From Balanoglossus misakiensis (taxonomy: Eukaryota > Animalia > Hemichordata), in the NCBI GenBank assembly GCA_040954595.2, contig CM082595.2, positions 10,095,918 through 10,159,917 on the forward strand: a DNA stretch of 64,000 bases. Direction: 5' to 3'. The notes under the pieces were generated by a model. That model saw nothing but the letters and a program-made list of their open reading frames with translations. It was not told where the DNA came from and made no database searches. The translations under genes were made by a program, and so were the position numbers. This document shows positions 49,501 through 61,100 of this stretch, piece after piece (the first letter of the stretch is position 1; each line of letters opens with the position of its first letter).

Positions 49501-51570
49501 TTAAAAATTCAAGGGTTCAATGCACGACTACTCATTGACCTTGACCACTGTAGCAAGTTTCAGAAGTGTACCTGCAGCGGTGTCTGAGATCTCGTGGGTC
49601 AAAGAATTGACACAAGAATAAAGAAAGAAAGAAAGTATTAAAGCTGCAAGCAGCATTGTCCGGGCCCAAGCTCTATTATCTGATCTGATTATTAGATATG
49701 CACATAATTAATGAGTAGAAACATAATGCTGTGTTTTATCCCATGAAATATCAAGGTTATATGTATGTTTGGTGCTGATATAGTGTTAAGTAGGTCAAAG
49801 GTCTCCCTGAGGTCACCCACAATTTGGGCAGAAAATTTTACCCATAGTGGTCCATGTCCAACAAAAACAGACCTCTAGCCCTTTTGGTTAGCCCGGAATT
49901 AGGTATGCACATAAATAATGAGTTAAGCAGGTGTCACTGGTGACCCAAAACTTTGGCTTTTCATTATGGCCCCATATCTCCAAATGCCAAGGCTGTACCT
50001 GCTTTGGATGCCGAGATATGCAAAAGTAGGTCAAAGGTCATCTGAGGTCACCCAAAATTTGGGCAGAAAATTTTGACCAATAGTGGTCCATGTCCAACAA
50101 AAAACAGACCTCTAGCCCTTTTGGTTAGCCCGGAATTAGGTATGCACATAAATAATGAGTTAAGCAGGTGTCACAGATGACCCAAAACTTTGGCTTTTCA
50201 TTATGGCCCCATATCTCCAAATGCCAAGGCTGTACCTGCTTTGGATGCCGAGATATGCAAAAGTAGGTCAAAGGTCACCCGAGGTCACCCAACATTTGGG
50301 CAACAAATTTTGACCCAATACTGGTCCATGTCCAACAAAAACCAAACCTCTAGGTCTATTGGTTCATCTGTAATTAGGTATGTGCATATTTAATGAGGTC
50401 AGCAGGGGTCAAAGGGGTCATGAAAAGTAGCGAAATTTTTTGATCACATACAAATCCACATACATCAAAAACCAAAATGATAGCCCTATAGGTTAGCCTG
50501 GAATTAGATATGCAGAAAAAACGATGTGTCAAAAGTAGGTCAAAGGTCATTGCCAAAATTACCAAAATATTTATAGCTTATTCTTGGCATATGATGATTC
50601 ATATCCGTAAAAAGAATTTTTGTGCTATCAATTTTTAGGCTAGAAAGGGAATTTTTACTTTTTAATCGTTTTTCACAAAATCCAATATGGCCGCCATAAT
50701 CTTCGACCAATCACATTCCTCTTCGCAAACTTGATAGACATCTGTTTAATGACCACACACACCAAATCTTGTGACTCAGTTATCGCCGGTTCTTGAGAAG
50801 AAGATTTTTGAAATTTTACTAGGGTTTTTTTAAAATCCAATATGGCCGCCATAATCTTCGACTAATCACAATGATCTTCGCAAACTTGATAGACCTCAGC
50901 TTGGTGACCACATACCCCAAACCGCGTGACTCGGTTATCGCCGGTTCTGGAGAAGAAGATTTTTGAAATTTAAGCCAGATTTCAGAAAAACAACTGTAGC
51001 AAAAAAACTGCAACATTGACAGCAAAATATCTAATTACAAAAATGATGGGCAGAAGGTACACTACCAGCACACCAAATCTGAAGTAAATCTGACTTGTAG
51101 TTTCTGAGATCTGAGATTTGCATTTTTTCAGAAAATCCAAGATGGCCGCCAGGTCATGTGACTAATTAAAAATTCATGGGTTCAATGCACGACTACTCAT
51201 TGACCTTGACCACTGTAGCAAGTTTCAGAAGTGTACCTGCAGTGGTGTCTGAGATCTAGAGCGACAAAGAATTGACACAAGAATAAAGAAAGAAGAAAGA
51301 AAGAAAAACCCCAACGAAACCAATAGGGCCCAAGCGCTGGCTTGCGCTTGGGCCCTAAAAATTCCAACGAAACCAATACGGGCCCAAGCCTGGCTTGGCT
51401 TGGGCCCGTAAAAACCCCAACGAAACCAATAGGGCCCAAGCGCTGGTATGCGCTTGGGCCCTAAAAACCCCAACGAAACCAATAGGGCCCAAGCGCTGGT
51501 ATGCGCTTGGGCCCTAAAAAACCCCAACGAAACCAATACGGGCCCAAGCCTGGCTTGGCTTGGGCCCGTA
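43504..51570 (-). mobile_element. Stack of five non-autonomous Helentrons (HINE family B)
   Basis: Five 3' ends (plus strand attaaagctgcaagcagcattgtccgggcccaagc) at ~43504, 44609, 46287, 47972 and 49637, each body bounded by a (GAAA/GAA)n microsatellite. Five 5' hairpin heads lie at 51304-51570. The subTIR GGGCCCAAGC is shared by heads and tails. Inserted at an A/T run of the LINE. Confidence 0.85.
51304..51570 (-). repeat. Five ~52-bp palindromic HINE 5' heads in tandem
   Basis: Unit ccaacgaaaccaata[c]gggcccaagc-loop-gcttgggccc[g]ta repeated five times, in two main variants. Confidence 0.93.
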
Positions 51571-52442
51571 ATTACGGTAGTCCCTGAAAGTCTCTTTGGT
51601 TTTTGGAAATAAATACGTAGATCCTCAAAGATGGCAAATATAGGCAAATGGTCAGCAAGATGAACATCAATAGTTCCACAATTAACAAAATGACTATGTA
51701 TATTTGTATAAATATGATCAATAACCGTTCTTGAATGATCTGATATACGTGTTGGCACAGTGATCATCTGAGTTAGGTTAAAAGAAGACATACTATTATT
51801 AAGATCAACCGTATCATATGCATTTAAATCAGACGCATTTACATTAAAGTCACCCACAAGTATGCACTGCATCTTCTTGCGGTCAATATCAGTCAATACA
51901 GATTCAAGACTTTCAAGGAATTCGCCTATATTAGTGTTTGGTTTCCTATACACTACTCCAAGAATGAGTGATTTTTTCTTTGGCAAGTCAAATTTGAGCC
52001 AGATAGATTCAGAATGATTTACAGTCGCTTCAATGGAGGTATAATTCAAAGATGAGTCTATATATGCCCCAACTCCCCCACCCCGCTGGTCATTTCGACA
52101 TTTTGTTTCCAAATGATAGCCTTCTAAACAATAAAGCTCTTTATTTTGAACCTGCCAAATCTCTGATAATGCTATAACTTTGATTTTTGATTCATCAAGT
52201 GACTCATAAAACAATTTAAAGTCATGAAAGTTTCGACTGAGGGACCGAACATTACAATGAGATATACAGAATGTAGAAATAGGTGTATTACTAACCAAGT
52301 TGCAGAACTCAGAGTAAGAATATGAATTACATTTCCTATAACAATCAGAGTTTAACAATTGTTCCGCTTCTACAGAAGTCATTGAAATACAATAAATCCA
52401 CAGATTCAGAAAAATAAAATTATTGAACGAATCTATCAACAT
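51571..52442 (-). pseudogene. LINE ORF2 apurinic-like endonuclease part
   Basis: Motifs HCNVRSL, IALSEIW, RGGGVGAYI, GVVYRKP, LVGDFN, TVIDHIY and ADHLPIF. After a frameshift near 51600, TFRDYRN joins FNIGLFQDEL across the HINE stack. Confidence 0.92.
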
Positions 52443-52628
52443 CTGTGGAGTCGTTTTTTCTTTGTATACGGTTTAATTGACTCTCTGAAAATTTTTGTTC
52501 ACCTAGCCACTGTCTACAAAATACATTTGGTGGCCAGAAACTAGACTCAAGCAAAAGCTTAGCCTGGTGAAAGGATACGTCGATTTTAGCAGCAACAGCG
52601 CCTTTGCGTTTACTGGAGATGATTCTCG
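52420..52628 (-). pseudogene. C-terminal remnant of LINE ORF1
   Basis: ...LLLESSFWPPNVFCRQW...*, resembling the FWP-containing ORF1 C-termini of CR1/L2-group elements, lies directly upstream of ORF2. Confidence 0.6.
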
Positions 52629-53914
52629 AGTCTGTGTCATATAGAGCCGGTGCACCAGCCGAGTCACGCCGTACGAAATCTGACTTGATCAACGTGGTCA
52701 ATGTACGCCTGTTTCTGCTCTAGAGTGCCGGGGCTTCAGCTGAGCCAGGCCGTAGGAAACCCGACGTGATTACCGTTGTTAACTTACGCCAGTCTGTGTC
52801 CTATATATAGTGCCGGGGCATCAGCCGTGCCAGGCCGAAGGAAATGTGAGTAGATTAACGTGGTCTCTGTACGCGTGTTTCTGCTCTAGAGTGCCAGGGT
52901 TTTAGCCAAGCCAAGCCGTAGGAAATCTGACTTGATCAACGTTGCTAACGAACGCTAGTGTCTGTCATAGTGTGCCGGGGTTTTAGTCGAGCCAAGCCGT
53001 AGGAGATCAGACTTGATCAACGTGGTCTCTGTACGCGTGTTTCTGCTCTAGAGTGCCGGGGCTTCAGCTGAGCCCGGCCGTAGGAAACCCGACGTGATTA
53101 CCGTTGTTAACATACGCCAGTCTCTGTCCTATATATAGTGCCGGGGCATCAGCCGTGCCAGGCCGAAGGAAATGTGAGTAGATCAACGTGGTCTCTGTAG
53201 GCGTGTTTCTGCTCTAGAGTGCCAGGGCTTTAGCCAAGCCATGCCGTAGGAAATCTGACTTGATCACCGTTGCTAACGAACGCTAGTGTCTGTCATAGTG
53301 TGCCGGGGTTTTAGTCGAGCCAGGCCGTAGGAGATCAGACTTGATCAACGTGGTCTCTGTACGCGTGTTTCTGCTCTAGAGTGCCGGTGCTTTATCCAAG
53401 CCATGCCGTAGAAAATCTGACTTGATCACCGTTGCTAACGTACGCTAGTGTCTGTCATATTGTGACGGAGATTTAGCCGAGCCAGGCCGTAGAAAAATCG
53501 ACTTGTTCAACGTTACCAGTGTGCAACTGTTTCTGCTCTAGAGTGTCAGGGTTTAAGCCGACTTATGCTGTAGGAAATCTGAGTTGATGAACGGGAATTC
53601 AATGTTAGAAAACCCGTGTGGAAAGTATCTCCACCCGTTTGAAACTAAGAAAAGAATTTATTCTTATTTATTTTGTAAAAAAGACAATTTTTCGAAAAAA
53701 AGTCGAAAATGGTAATTTTGTCTTGGGTGATTCAAATTATACCGCCTTTTCTGGAATTTGCAGCACTTTTTTCAAGAGAACGACACTTCATGCTCCATAA
53801 TATTTCCGAAAATGAAGAAAAGAGTTAATTTTTTATGTTTTTTTTAAAAATTTACCATTTTTGTCAAAATATGGCCAAAATGGTTATTTTTTCTTGAATT
53901 CCGTCAATATCTCT
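52629..53914. repeat. Composite macrosatellite, orientation B
   Basis: Continues the monomer interrupted at 39926. Confidence 0.95.
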
Positions 53915-54873
53915 TAGTCCGTGGGCTCGACGGGTCCACCGTGCACCCCCCCCCCCCCATAAACCTACCACTTGGGTATTTTTTTGTTCTTTAGAACGTG
54001 CTGAACAAGAAAAAAGATGTTAACATTGAATATTTGGGTTGCACTACCCCTCCGGGGTGGTTTTTGAATGGTATGTGCCGCTCAAAATGGCGAAAAATTG
54101 GTTGGGGTAGGGGGTACTATATTCTCTCCTAAAAAAATAAAACTACCATGAAATTACATAAACCTCATATTTTTAGAAAGCTTAGATACTGCTCTTTACG
54201 GGAAGCACAAACTTTATTAAACAATATTTATGAATATTTAATTAGATGATTTTTAAATTAATTTTTTCGGCAATTTTGAAAATTTTCACTCAAAAGACAA
54301 TGTTACAATTGTGATTTTCTTTTTGTGAAGCAAATTTTTGACAACGTTTTAGGTTTGGATTATTGACTTCTATTTATTAAACAAGAAAACAAATGTTAAC
54401 ATTAGTTATATAACAATACAATACTTCTTTAGAGACAACTTTGAAATGCATGTATCCTATGGGATTACGCATGGTCTTCGGGTAGGGGGTACTATATCCT
54501 CTCCTACAACAATAAAGCTAGCTTCAAAGTACATAAACCTTATATTTTTAGAAAGCTTAGACACTGCTCTTTACGGGAAGTGCAAATAGGAGTAAAATTA
54601 ATTTTTGATTATTTAATTATATGATTTTTAAATTATTTTCTTCGGCAATTTTGAAAATATTCATCCCCAAAGACAACGCAATGATTGTGATTTTGTTTTT
54701 GTGAAGCAAATTTTTGACAGCTTTTTGGGGTTTGGATTATTGACTTCTATATATACTAAACAAGAAAGGAAATGTTAACATTAGTTATTTAACAATAAAA
54801 CACTTCTTTAGAGACAACTTTGAAATGTGTGTATCCTATGGGATTACGCATGGTCTTGGGGTAGGTGGTACTA
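53915..54873. mobile_element. Unclassified repeat element with ~378-bp internal units, possibly the left arm of an Academ-like transposon (copy 1)
   Basis: Abrupt start TAGTCCGTGGG in the satellite. 'gggtagg(g/t)ggtacta' recurs at ~54105, 54480 and 54859. No matching right terminus is seen. Confidence 0.5.
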
Positions 54874-57800
54874 GATTCTATATTGATTTGAAATGGCAGA
54901 TCAATATGTTTGGTAATAATTCAGTTATTGCAGTTGGGGACTGGAATGTAGTGAGGGTTTTGATGCTGACACAGCTGGCCGCACTACAGACTCTCACTCG
55001 GATGCAAGGCAACAAATTGATCTTCTCTGTGATGAGTATAATTTGATAGATATTTGGCGGGTGATAAACGAGTCCTCGCGTACATTTACGTAGTTTAGGC
55101 GCAAAAGACTGGATTATTTTCTTATTACGCCTGAATTCGCTAATATGACCGCAACTGCAAATATTTGTGTCGGTTACCGGAGTGACCACTCTGCAATACG
55201 TCTCTCTCGGATGACAACGATTATGTGGACATTGTTAAAAACACAATTCGGGATACTAAGGATGAGTACAGACAGGAGGGAAGCTCTCAAGCTGGTCCCA
55301 CTTTTACCATTTCGGATCAACTTTTCTTGGATACGTTGAAAATAAAAATTCGTGGAGTTACGATTTCGTATGCAACTAGGAATTTATTAGGGCCGAGAAA
55401 CAGCTTGAAACGGAGAATATTTTACTAGAAACTCGTGTGAATGATCTATAAACGCCTGACATGTTAGATGAACTGCATGAAAAAAGAACAGTTGATAGCA
55501 TACTGTCAAAAAAGTAGAAGGAAGTCGCGTACGTGCTCGGGCCAGGTGGTCTACAGAAGGGGAAAAACCTACTAAGTATTTTTGCTCTATGGAAAAGAGA
55601 CATTTCACCAATAAAGCCATCGGTCAGCTGTGCCTGAGTGTTGGCTCCACAATAACTGAGGACGAAGACATCCTTCGTGAACAATCTAAGTTTTACCGGA
55701 ATCTATATGCGGCTACCAAAAACGTTGCTTGCAATATTGATCAGTTAGATAATTTTATGCAGCATGGAAATACTTTGCCTACTTTGAGTACTGAGGAACG
55801 GGATTCTTTGGAAGGGGCCCTGTCTAAGCATGAATGTGGAGTAGTGTTGAAGTCAATAGCAAATAATAAGTCACCAGGAACAGACGGTTTTTCTGCCGAA
55901 ATTTTTTTGGCCCGACATTGGTGTTTATATAGCCCGTGCAATTAATTCCGCCTACTCCTCAGGCGAAATGTCTATTTCTCAAAAGCGGGGAATTGTTACT
56001 TGTATCCCGAAACCCAACAAGAATAGATTTCACATGAAAAATTGGCGCCGTATTACATTGCTAAACACGGATGATAAGATTGCATCTGGTGTTATAGCAA
56101 ACCGTATGAAACGGTTCTTGCCAAAAATTATTCACCCTGACTAGAAAGGTTTTCTGAGGAAAGGAAGGTATATTGGTGAAAATACACGTTTGATTGATGA
56201 TGTATCGTTAACTTCAAAGATAGACAAGGTTTTCTTGTACTTCTAGACTTTGAAATGGCGTTTGACACGCTTTCTTGGGAATTTATCGATAAAGCATTGA
56301 GAAAGTTTAATTTTTATCCCTCTTTCAGAAAATGGGTCAAAGTGTTTTATAAAAACACCACTAGTTGTGTTATAAATAACGGAAACTTTCCTGATTTTTT
56401 CCCCTCGAGAGAGGTGTTAGACAAGGTGATCCTCTATCACCGTACCTGTTTATCACCTGTGTTGAAAAACTTGCGCATGAAATCAGAGCCCATAGTAATA
56501 TAGAAGGAATTACACTTAGAGATAAAAAAAATTTACTGGGGCAATACGCAGATGATATTTTTGTATATTTAGATGGTTCTGAAAGTTCTCTGAAAAATCT
56601 GTTTGCTACCTTGGGTTTCTTTACTTTTCTGTCGGGTTTGCGAATTAACTACCAAAAAACTAAATTGGTTTGGTTTGGCGCTAAATGCCATTCACATGAT
56701 ATTTTGTTGCCAAACAAGAACTTATTATGGGTTGATGAACCGTTAACAGTTCTTGGTATTAACCTGAACGTTGATCTTGTTGGGCTCGATATGTTAAATT
56801 TTACACCAAAAGTAAGGGAAGTGTCCACACTGCTTACTAAGTGGTCATGGCGACCTGTGACCTTGTTTGGCAAGATTACAATAGCTAAAACACTTGCTTT
56901 GTCAAAGTTTATTCATATTTTCTCATCCTTACCTCCCATGTCAGATCATCAAATATGTACACTTATTAGAGTTTTATCGGAATTCAAAACCTGATAAAGT
57001 CAATAGATTAAGATTATGTTGTAATTGTGATGAGTGGGGTTTGCGAATGACCCATCTTCCCTCATTCGTTCAAGCAGTGCATGCTTCGTGGATTAACAGA
57101 TTAATGTCCAATCAATATTCTCAGTGGATAGAAATGTTTAAACTGTGGGTATATCCCCTGCTATCTTACCCACTTCACCCCCGCTCAGGTCGTGGAGTTT
57201 GCCAGAAACAGATTTTCACGTCATAGCTTCTGGTACTCAGTACTACTATGTTGGTCAAAAACTTTACCCCCCCCCCCCGACCCTATTAATAACATAAAAA
57301 AGTGTATATAGTTCAACCAGAGATGAAAGTTAACAACGCTACCATATTTTATAAAAACTGGTATGATAATGTTGTAATGTATATTTCGGATTTATTAGAT
57401 TTTTCCGGTTCCATTTTATCTTTCCAAGATTTTAGTAACAGACACAATTTTTCACCAAACTTCATATGGGTTTAATCAACGCTTTTCCAAGATCACGGTT
57501 CAGAAAGATTCAGCAACAAGGCTCTGTAAATAATGACCACCCAAACATGTATTACACAAATAGATCCTGAAAAAAACCTACTCTATTTTACTTATAATAA
57601 GTTATTTTTGAAGAATAATCTTAAACCGATGTGATGTACGCAAAAATGGAAAGACCTCTTCGGGAATTTTGATTCGCAATTACACTATGCTTTACCATTT
57701 ATTGTAACAAAGGATTCTACTTTGCGTAATTTTCAATTCAGAATTGCTAGTAGAATCTGTACTACAAATACATTTTTAAAGATAAGGGGGAAAATGCGAT

Positions 57801-58126
57801 TCTGTGAAATGCACCTTCTGTGAAAATTATGAGGAAATCCTTATACATTTATTTTTCGAATGCGACTGTATTTTGTCTTTTTGGAAGGATGTAGAGTTGC
57901 AATTACAGACAAAGTGTAATATTGCCATTGAGCTGTCCCCTTTTGATGTTTTGGTGGGTATAAAATAGAATTTTCAAAGTAACCACACAAACGATGAGTG
58001 GTTAGCCCTGAATTACTTTATATTACTTTCAAAGAATTTTATCTTTAAATATAAATTTAAGCCAGTATTGCCAAACCTTCGCACATTTTTATCTTACCTC
58101 AATAATATACAAAAAATTGATACTTA
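54874..58126 (+). pseudogene. Degenerate Tx1/L1-clade LINE ORF2 (APE C-half, RT, C-terminal Cys/His finger)
   Basis: Fragments AVGDWNVV, RLDYFLI, YRSDHSAI, GEKPTKYF, NNKSPGTDGF, ITLLNTDDKIA, LDFEMAFDTLSW, GVRQGDPLSPYLF, QYADD (~56542) and CTFC...HLFFEC, with many frameshifts and stops. No poly-A tail. Confidence 0.88.
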
Positions 58127-61100
58127 CCAAAATGGCTATTTTTTCTTGAATTCCGTCAATATCGCTGCATTTTTGGAGTGGTCGAAAGTTTTAACATACA
58201 ATCAACATGTCATATATGATCAGGGCACCAAATTCGAAGAACAAAGGTTTTTTTATTTTTTTCTTCTAAAAATGACATTTTCAAGGAAAATTTGGTAAAA
58301 CGCAATTTTGTCTGCAGTGAGCCAAATTAGACGGTCTTTTGTGGAATTTGTATCGATATACACATACGAAGAGCATTCTATACTCCATCAGATTTCCGAA
58401 AATGTAGAAAACAGGTATTTACCATTTTGACCAAATTGTGGCTAAAATTGTTATTTTCGTGTTGAATGCCGCCAGTGTCACTGCTTTTAAAAGTCATAAA
58501 AACTTTAAACATACAAGCAATTGTTTATATATGATCAGGTCACCGAATTAAAAAAATAAAGAATGCTTTGCCTAAAAATGACCTTTTTGGTGCAAAAACG
58601 AATAAAACGCAATTTTGTATTAAATTAGAGTGCATTTTTTATAATCAGCACCATTTTTACATATAATGGAAATTTCATACATCATCAGATATCCAAATAT
58701 GAAAAAATGATTTAGATTTTAGATGATTGTCCAAAATTAGCTGATAACAGATAAATGTAGTATTAAACCGTTCTGTTCCCCCCCCCCCCCCTACATTATA
58801 TGCGGTACGCCGATGTCAGCTTACCCGGCAGTACTGCAGGCCGTGCCCCCAACTAACGTTGGTGTTTGAAACGCCCTGGTTAAATTCGAGCTTTCTCTAT
58901 AAATTGACAGGCAATAATGCAGTCCTACCCGAACAAATGTCGAGTGTTGACCCGCTGTGACTTTCCCTCTTCGGTTTGCCCGACTAAGCCAACGTCTTTG
59001 TACTAGAGTGTCGGGTCTTTTGCAGAGCCAGGCCGAAGGAAATCCGACTTGATCACCGTTGCTAACGAAAGCTAGTGTCTGTCATGGTGTGCCGGGGTTT
59101 TAGTCGAGCCAGGCCGTAGGAGATCTGACTTGATCATCGTGGTCAATGTACGCGTGTTTCCGCTCTAAAGTGCCGGGGCTTCAGCTAAACCAGGCCGTAG
59201 GAAATCCGACGTAATCACTGTTGATAACTTACGCCAGTCTGTGTCATATAGAGCCGGTGCACCAGCCGAGTCACGCCGTAGGAAATCTGACTTGATCAAC
59301 GTGGTCAATGTATGCCTGTTTCTGCTCTAGAGTGCCGGGGCTTCAGCTGAGCCAGGCCGTAGGAAACCCGACGTGATTACCGTTGTTAACTTACGCCAGT
59401 CTGTGTCCTATATATAGTGCCGGGGCATCAGCCGTGCCAGGCCGAAGGAAATGTGAGTAGATCAACGTGGTCTCTGTACGCGTGTTTCTGCTCTATAGTG
59501 CCAGGGCTTTAGCCAAGCCATGCCGTAGGAAATCTGACTTGATCAACGTTGCTTACTAACGCTAGTGTCTGTCATAGTGTGCCGGGGTTTTAGTCGAGCC
59601 AAGCCGTAGGAGATCAGACTTGATCAACGTGCTCTCTGTACGCGTGTTTCTGCTTTAGAGTGCCGGGGCTTTATCCAAGCCATGCCGTAGAAAATCTGAC
59701 TTCATCACCGTTGCTAACGTACGCTAGTGTCTGTCATATTGTGACGGAGATTTAGCCGAGCCAGGCCGTAGAAAAATCGACTTGTTCAACGTTACCAGTG
59801 TGCAACTGCAACTGTTTCTGCTCTAGAGTGTCAGGGTTTTAGCCGACTTATGCTGTAAGAAATCTGAGTTGATGAACGGGAATTCAATGTTAGAAAACCC
59901 GTGTGGAAAGTATCTCTACCCGTTTGAAACTAAGAAAAGAATTTATTCTTATTTATTTTGTAAAAAAGACAATTTTTCGAAAAAAAGTCGAAAATGGTAA
60001 TTTTGTCTTGGGTGATTCAAATTATACCGCCTTTTCTGGAATTTGCAGCACTTTTTACAAGAGAACGACACTTCATGCTCCATAATTTTTCCGAAAATGA
60101 AGAAAAGAGTTTATTTTTTATGATTTTTTTGAAAATTTACCATTTAGTCAAAATATGGCCAAAATGGCTATTTTTTCTTGAATTCCGTCAATATCTCTGC
60201 ATTTTTGGAGTGGTCGAAAGTTTTAACATACAATCAACATGTCATATATGATCAGGGCACCAAATTCGAAGAACAAAGGTTTTTTTATTTATTTTTCTAA
60301 AAATGACATTTTCAAGGAAACTTTGGTAAAACGCAATTTTGTCTGCAGTGAGCCAAATTAGACGGTCTTTTATGGAATTTGTATCGATATATACATACGA
60401 AGAGCATTGTATACTCCATCAGATTTCCGAAAATGTAGAAAACAGGTATTTTTTGTAATTTTCAAAAATTTACCATTTTGACCAAATTGTGGCTAAAATT
60501 GTTATTTTCGTGTTGAATGCCGCTAGTGTCCCTGCTTTTAAAAGTCATAAAAACTTTTAACATACAAGCAATTGTTTTTATATGATCAGGTCACCGAATT
60601 AAAAAAATAAAGAATGTTTTGCCTAAAAATGACCTTTTTGGTGCAAAAACGAATAAAACGCAATTTTGTATTAAATCAGCTCATTCAGAGTGTATTTTTT
60701 ATAATCAGCACCATTTTTACATATAATGGAAATTTCATACATCATCAGATATCCAAATATGAAAAAATGATTTAGATTTTAGATGATTGTCCAAAATTAG
60801 CTGATATCTAATAAATGTAGTATTGAGCCGTTCTGTTTCCCCCCCCCCCCCTTACATTATATGCGGTCCGCCGATGTCAGCTTACCCGGCAGTACTGCAG
60901 GCCGTGCCCCCAACTAACGTCGGTGTTTGAAACGCCCCTGTTAAATTCGGGCTTTCTCAATAAATTGACAGGCAATAATGCAGTCCTACCCGAACAAATG
61001 TCGAGTGTTGACCCGCTGTGACTTTCCCTCTTCGGTTTGCCCGACTTAGCCAACGTCTTTGTACTAGAGTGTCGGGTCTTTTGCCGAGCCAGGCCGAAGG

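Larger units (their letters stand above)
39927..52628 (-). mobile_element. Crack/L2-group LINE, 5'-truncated in ORF1, interrupted by two nested insertions
   Basis: The 3' end is AATAAA plus a (TTGA)n tail at 39927-39955, with 3'UTR hairpin tagtgc-attc-gcacta. APE and RT ORF2 pieces lie in order. AGTC is present on both flanks (39923-39926 and 52629-52632). Confidence 0.9.

Noticed and set aside
51304-51570. Palindromic repeats resembling a CRISPR array or REP elements
   Set aside because: There are no unique spacers and no cas genes, the context is eukaryotic, and the units share the GGGCCCAAGC subTIR with the HINE 3' ends.
51225-51570. C-terminal extension of the 405-aa ORF (GPSQARLGPVLVSLG repeats) as a novel endonuclease fusion
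   Set aside because: It is read-through from the frameshifted LINE endonuclease into the HINE heads; the true ORF2 continues at 43503.
53875-58165. ~40-bp satellite overlap on both sides of the 53915-58126 insert as a long TSD
   Set aside because: The two copies differ (ggtt/ggct, ctct/cgct), and the insert lacks a right terminus or poly-A tail. A deletion into another unit is more likely.
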